Source: Candidatus Eiseniibacteriota bacterium
GTDB taxonomy: Bacteria; Eisenbacteria; RBG-16-71-46
Assembly (NCBI GenBank): GCA_963725865.1
Contig: CAVSAC010000012.1
Coordinates: 960,001-1,024,000 of the forward strand
Length of the DNA: 64,000 bases
Direction: 5' to 3'
Shown: positions 59,727 to 64,000 of the stretch, one piece after another
How positions within the stretch are numbered: the stretch's first letter is position 1
How the letters are laid out: the number at the start of each line of letters is the position of its first letter
Translations under genes and position numbers: made by a program
Notes under the pieces: model-generated
What the model saw: only the letters and a program-made list of their open reading frames with translations
Told to the model about the DNA's origin: nothing
The model's database searches: none

Positions 59727-61053
59727 CGCGCAAACCGGGTGCGCGCGGGCGCATCCGGTGGCGCAGGTCCTCGATGCCGGCGGCGGCGAACAGCACCACC
59801 AGCGGCTCCACCGGCACCCGCATCCGCAGCGCCCCCCAGAACACCACCGCCAGCAGCGTGAACGTCAGCACCACCAGCGCCGGGAGGGCGAGGAACCAGC
59901 GCCGCGGCGAGCGCAGTGTGAGCGCGAACCCCCACGACGCGAACGGCAGGACCACGAGCGACCAGAGCAGCAGCGGATCGAAGCGGGCGAGCAGCGCGGT
60001 CAGCGGCGAACCCGGGCGCTGCCAGGCGCCGGTGCCGCCGCCCTCTCGGGTGAGCCGCCAGAAGCGCGCGAGCTTCGTGCCGGCCATCGCGGGCCACTCG
60101 CGCACGTGCGCGCGCAGGAACGCGAGCGCTTCGGCGCGCGCCAGGCGGTCGACCTCGACCTCGCCGTGGCCGCGGAAGCGCGCGGCGTAGGGCTCGACGC
60201 CGTACACGCTCGCCGCGCCGCCGCGCAGCGCAGGGTCCGCCCAGTCCACCGCGTTGTTGCTGTCGAGCAGCGCGCGCCCACCCCCGGTCGTGACCGGCAC
60301 GAACGCGTGCAGCGCGACCGCGTTGCGGAGCGTCCACGGGCCCACCACCAGCACCACGCCGAGCATCAGCAGCAGCAGCTGCCGCACGCGCGCGCGCCGG
60401 TCGAGCAGCAGCCCGAGCGGCACCCAGGCCCACCCCGCGACCACCAGCGGCAGCACGATCGCGGTGGGCCGCGCCAGGATCGCGAGCCCCCACAGCAGGC
60501 CGGTGCCGAGCGCCCGCGCGGCGCGCGGCTCCTTGAGCCAGGCGAAGGAGGCGAGCAGGGCGAGCAGCAGCATCGCGGTGAACGTGGTCTCGGTGAGCAG
60601 GTAGCCGGAGAAGAACACCAGCAGGGGGTGCACCGCGGCGAGCCAGCCCGCGACGCGCCCGACGCCGCTGCCGTACAGCGAGGCGCCGAGTGCGGCGATC
60701 AGCAAGGGCACGGTGGCGCCGATCGCGCACTGGAGCAGCACCGCGGCGAACAGCTGCGGACCGGCGACGCGATACACCAGGCTGGTGAGCCACGGCACCA
60801 GGGGCGGCACGAACGCGGTCGGATAGGCGCCCGCACCGCTGCCGAGCGCGAAGCCGGCGCCGCGCGCGAGGTTGGTCGCCACGGTGTGGTACGTGAGCGC
60901 GTCGCTCGAGGGAGTGGCCTGGGGACCGATCGCGAGCCACGCGTAGACCACCCGCAACGCCAGCGCCGTCCCGAACAGCAACAGCCACGGCGCGAGCGGC
61001 GGAGCCGGCGGACGCGGGCGGCGCCTCCGCGGGGGATCCAGGCGCTTCAGCAT
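59698..61053 (-). CDS. ArnT/GT39-like (GT-C) membrane glycosyltransferase
   Basis: SDALTY loop, PP, LLTETTF, LARP, PWTLRN, R.RVPVEP. Confidence 0.8.
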   Translation of the reverse strand: MLKRLDPPRRRRPRPPAPPLAPWLLLFGTALALRVVYAWLAIGPQATPSSDALTYHTVATNLARGAGFALGSGAGAYPTAFVPPLVPWLTSLVYRVAGPQLFAAVLLQCAIGATVPLLIAALGASLYGSGVGRVAGWLAAVHPLLVFFSGYLLTETTFTAMLLLALLASFAWLKEPRAARALGTGLLWGLAILARPTAIVLPLVVAGWAWVPLGLLLDRRARVRQLLLLMLGVVLVVGPWTLRNAVALHAFVPVTTGGGRALLDSNNAVDWADPALRGGAASVYGVEPYAARFRGHGEVEVDRLARAEALAFLRAHVREWPAMAGTKLARFWRLTREGGGTGAWQRPGSPLTALLARFDPLLLWSLVVLPFASWGFALTLRSPRRWFLALPALVVLTFTLLAVVFWGALRMRVPVEPLVVLFAAAGIEDLRHRMRPRAPGLRVIEGTRPAA

Positions 61054-61150
61054 GCGCGGAAGTGTAGCAGAGCCGCTGGAGGCTGCTCGCGAGCCGCGAA
61101 GCGCACGGCGAGCCGCCGACCGTGCAGGACACTGGCCCGCTCGCCGCGCC

Positions 61151-61169
61151 GGATTGCGTTCCGCAATCC
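61151..61169. promoter_or_regulatory. Perfect 8-bp-arm palindrome, candidate enhancer (UAS)
   Basis: GGATTGCG-TTC-CGCAATCC about 115 bp upstream of a sigma54 motif. Confidence 0.55.
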
Positions 61170-61282
61170 CCGCGCGCCCGCGGCCGCGCCGCGCCCCGCG
61201 TGACGCGGCTCAAAGCGCCGCAACTCCGCGGCCCGCGCGGGTCCGCGCGCATCGCGGCGCGGCCCGGCGCGCCTCCGCGAAT

Positions 61283-61299
61283 CGGCAGAAGGGTTGCAT
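61283..61299 (+). promoter_or_regulatory. sigma54 (-24/-12) promoter
   Basis: CGGCAGAAGGGTTGCAT, GG-N10-GC with TTGCA. Confidence 0.65.
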
Positions 61300-61397
61300 A
61301 GGACGCCGGCCCCTCCGGCTCCCCGGTCCCGGACGGGCCGTCGCCGCCGCTCGAGCCTCCGCGCACGGAGGCCAGGTCAGAAGCGCACGAGGTTGCC

Positions 61398-61925
61398 ATG
61401 GATCACTACATCCCGAAGCGTCGCATCCCCGTCACCCTGTGGTTCGCGGATGGACAGAGTGTCCAGGGCCAGGTGTTCCTCGACCTCGACGCGGCACGCG
61501 GCCGCCACCAGACCGTCCACGAGAAGGTGAACGAGTCGGCGCGCTTCCTCCCGGTGGCGGTCGGCCAGGAAGGCCGCATCCACCTGATCAACAAGAGCCG
61601 CCTGCTGCGGGTGACCGCCGGACGGCAGGTGATCCAGAGCGACGTGTTCGCGCGCGGGTTCGATCCGTGGCGCGAGGAGCCCGCCGAGCTGGTGATGGCG
61701 GACGGCACCACGCTCGAGGGCCGGGTGTGGACGCCCCTGCAGCGCGCCACCCAGCGCCTTTCCGACTTCATGAACATGCAGGGCCCGGCGTTCTTCGTGC
61801 TGCTCACCGGCACCGGAGTCCACCTGGTGAACACCGCGGCGGTGATCGAGGTGCGTCTCATCGAGAGCGCCGGCGCGCCGCTGCTGTCCGAGGACGCCGA
61901 CGCGGAAGGCACCTCGGCCGCCTGA
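61398..61925 (+). CDS. Hypothetical protein with two tandem Sm-like (DUF6812-like) domains
   Basis: Internal repeat V.L..ADG....G.V...F......HL(I/V)N; RBS GAGG. Confidence 0.65.
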   Translation: MDHYIPKRRIPVTLWFADGQSVQGQVFLDLDAARGRHQTVHEKVNESARFLPVAVGQEGRIHLINKSRLLRVTAGRQVIQSDVFARGFDPWREEPAELVMADGTTLEGRVWTPLQRATQRLSDFMNMQGPAFFVLLTGTGVHLVNTAAVIEVRLIESAGAPLLSEDADAEGTSAA

Positions 61926-61984
61926 GCGAGAGCCGGCGGCGCGGATGGCTTGCCGCCCGCTGCGGGAGCGGATACCGTCCTCGC

Positions 61985-62812
61985 GTGATCCCGTTCCGCG
62001 TCGCCTTCGTGCAGGGCCGGCCTCGTTTCGGGCGTCCCCAGGAGAACCTCGAGCACGGTCTCGCGCTCGCCGCCACGGTGACCGCCGACCTCGTCGTGCT
62101 GCCCGAGCTGTGGTCGTCGGGCTACGTGTTCTCCTCCCGCGCCGAGGTCGCCGCGCTGGCGGAGGACGCGACCACCGGCCCCACCGCACGCGCGCTGAAG
62201 TCGGCGGCGCGCCGCGAGCGGCGGCACCTCGTAGCGGGCTTCCCCGAGGCGCATCGCGGCCGCTTCTACAACAGCGCGATGCTGGTGGGCCCGGCCGGCG
62301 TCCGGGCGGTCTACCGCAAGATCCATCTGTTCGAGCGCGAGCAGCACTGGTTCCGCGTCGGCGACCTGCCGTTCGCCGTGCATCGCGTGGGTCCGGCGCG
62401 GGTCGGCCTGATGATCTGCTTCGACTGGCGCTTCCCGGAGGCGGCGCGGGTGTTGGCGCTGATGGGCGCCGACGTGATCGCACACCCGTCCAACCTCGTG
62501 TTCCCCGACGCGCAGCGCATCATGGTGATCCGCGCGCTCGAGAACCGCGTGTTCGTCGTCACCGCGAACCGCACCGGCGTCGACGATCGCCCCGACGGAC
62601 ATGTGGTGTTCACCGGACGCAGCCAGATCGTGGACCCGCGCGAGCGCGTGCTGGCGCGTGCCGGCGTCCGCGAGACCTGCGCACGCGCGGCCGATTGCGA
62701 TCTGGAGCTGTCGCGCGACAAGGCGCTCACGCCGCTCACTCATCTGTTCACCTCGCGCCAGCCCGCGCGCTACCGGCCGCTCGTGAGTCGCCGAGCCGCC
62801 CTCGCGCGGTGA
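61985..62812 (+). CDS. Carbon-nitrogen hydrolase (nitrilase superfamily)
   Basis: LPEL..SGY, YRKIHLF, ICFDWRFPE triad E-K-C. Confidence 0.9.
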   Translation: MIPFRVAFVQGRPRFGRPQENLEHGLALAATVTADLVVLPELWSSGYVFSSRAEVAALAEDATTGPTARALKSAARRERRHLVAGFPEAHRGRFYNSAMLVGPAGVRAVYRKIHLFEREQHWFRVGDLPFAVHRVGPARVGLMICFDWRFPEAARVLALMGADVIAHPSNLVFPDAQRIMVIRALENRVFVVTANRTGVDDRPDGHVVFTGRSQIVDPRERVLARAGVRETCARAADCDLELSRDKALTPLTHLFTSRQPARYRPLVSRRAALAR

Positions 62813-64000
62813 CCCTCCCGGAGGCCCGCCTGACGCGCATCCCTGCCGACGACGCCACGCGCAGCGTGGAGCTGGCCGCTTTCATCGACGCCCATGTCGC
62901 CGAGGTGGCGCCGCTCAGCCGCCGCCACAACGAGGAGGCGTGGCTCGCGAACGTCACCGGTCTCAAGGAACACGAGGATGCGAGCGGCCGGCTCGACGCC
63001 GCGGTGCGGGGCGTGTACGCGCGCGCCGAGCCGTTCGCGTGGCTGCAGGCCCTGCGCGCGGCCGGCGGCGTGAACGACCCGCTGCTGCAGCGCCAGCTGG
63101 TGCTGCTCTGCCACGCGCACCAGTCGCAGCAGATCGCACCGGAGCGGATCGAGCGCATGGTGCGGCTCGAGAAAGCGCTCGAGAGCCGGTTCAACAACTT
63201 CCGCCCCGAACTCGACGGCCGGCGGGTGGGGGACAACGAGCTCAAGCGGCTGCTGCGCGAGTCCGACGACGTCGGCGTGCGACGCCGCGCATGGGAGGCC
63301 GCCAAGCAGGTCGGCGCCGAGGTCGAGGCCGACCTGCTCGCGCTGGTCCGCCAGCGCAACCAGGCGGCGCACTCGATGGGCTTTCGCGACTACTACGGGA
63401 TGATGCTGGGGCTCGACGAGCTCGACGAGGGCGAGTTGTTCGCGCTGCTCGACCGGCTCGACGCGGGCACCCGCCCGCTGTTCGAGCACTATCGCACCGC
63501 CCTCGACGCGACGCTCGCGCGGCGCTTCGGTGTAGCGCCCGCGGACCTGCGACCGTGGCACTTCGGGGATCCGTTCTTCCAGGAGGCACCGGCGCCGGAC
63601 GTGGACCTGTCCCCGTGGTTCGCCGGCGCCTCGCTCGAGCAGCTCACGGCGCGCTTCTTCGCCACCGTGGGACTGCCGGTCGACGGCGTGATGGCGCGCT
63701 CCGACCTGTACGAGAAAGCGGGCAAGTGCCCGCACGCGTTCTGCCTGTCGGTCGATCGCGCCGACGACGTGCGGGTGCTCTGCAACCTCCAGCCGAACGA
63801 GTACTGGATGAGCACCATGCTCCACGAGTTCGGTCACGCCGCGTACGACATCGGCGTCGACCGCAGTCTGCCGTGGCTGCTGCGGGCGCCCGCGCACACG
63901 CTGACCACCGAGGCGAGCGCGATGCTGTTCGGGCGGCTGGCGCGCAACGCGGCGTGGCTGACGCGCTGGGCGGGGATGCCGGTCACCGAGGCCCGCGCGG
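62809..64000 (+). CDS. M3/M2-family zinc metallopeptidase (runs off window end; absent from ORF track)
   Basis: GTG overlapping nitrilase stop; GKCPHAFC, HEFGH at 63823-63837, LTTEASAM third ligand. Confidence 0.88.
   Translation, partial: MTLPEARLTRIPADDATRSVELAAFIDAHVAEVAPLSRRHNEEAWLANVTGLKEHEDASGRLDAAVRGVYARAEPFAWLQALRAAGGVNDPLLQRQLVLLCHAHQSQQIAPERIERMVRLEKALESRFNNFRPELDGRRVGDNELKRLLRESDDVGVRRRAWEAAKQVGAEVEADLLALVRQRNQAAHSMGFRDYYGMMLGLDELDEGELFALLDRLDAGTRPLFEHYRTALDATLARRFGVAPADLRPWHFGDPFFQEAPAPDVDLSPWFAGASLEQLTARFFATVGLPVDGVMARSDLYEKAGKCPHAFCLSVDRADDVRVLCNLQPNEYWMSTMLHEFGHAAYDIGVDRSLPWLLRAPAHTLTTEASAMLFGRLARNAAWLTRWAGMPVTEARA

Overview
High-GC bacterial chromosomal window, densely coding, mostly on the + strand. 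Tol-Pal, an Omp85-type barrel, a DnaK carrying the diderm-type insert and a FlgD-Ig/T9SS-CTD-like surface protein indicate a diderm, plausibly FCB-related (Eisenbacteria-like; inference). Content in order: pfkA(3')-gap-pgk-tpiA-secG-tRNA-Leu(GAG); TlpA; tolQ-tolR-tolA/tonB-tolB-pal-cpoB-Omp85; a mixed operon (endonuclease IV, FAD oxidoreductase, MBL hydrolase, gamma-carbonic anhydrase/DinB fusion, degenerate SDR, MoaB, dCTP deaminase); three exported proteins; orphan nuoI; hsp20-dnaK; envelope glycan genes; FAH hydrolase-amidohydrolase-ECF sigma; uppP/murJ; CaCA antiporter; bshC-bshB1-bshA-DUF1611-epimerase-histidine kinase-rsgA; thrC-nfeD-slipin-TIGR01777-ABC-lipocalin; lipoprotein plus GH113-like protein; GT-C; tandem Sm-like protein; nitrilase; partial M3/M2 peptidase. 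The only mobile element seen is a 412-aa LAGLIDADG intein splitting the active-site GK|STYAR motif of dCTP deaminase. Other highlights: the gamma-CA/DinB fusion in a bacillithiol producer, a hidden duplicated NfeD OB-fold mini-ORF, two sigma54 promoters with upstream palindromes, and recurrent leaderless-type promoters. No CRISPR, rRNA, integrase or transposase seen. All family calls come from motif recognition by eye; no searches were run.
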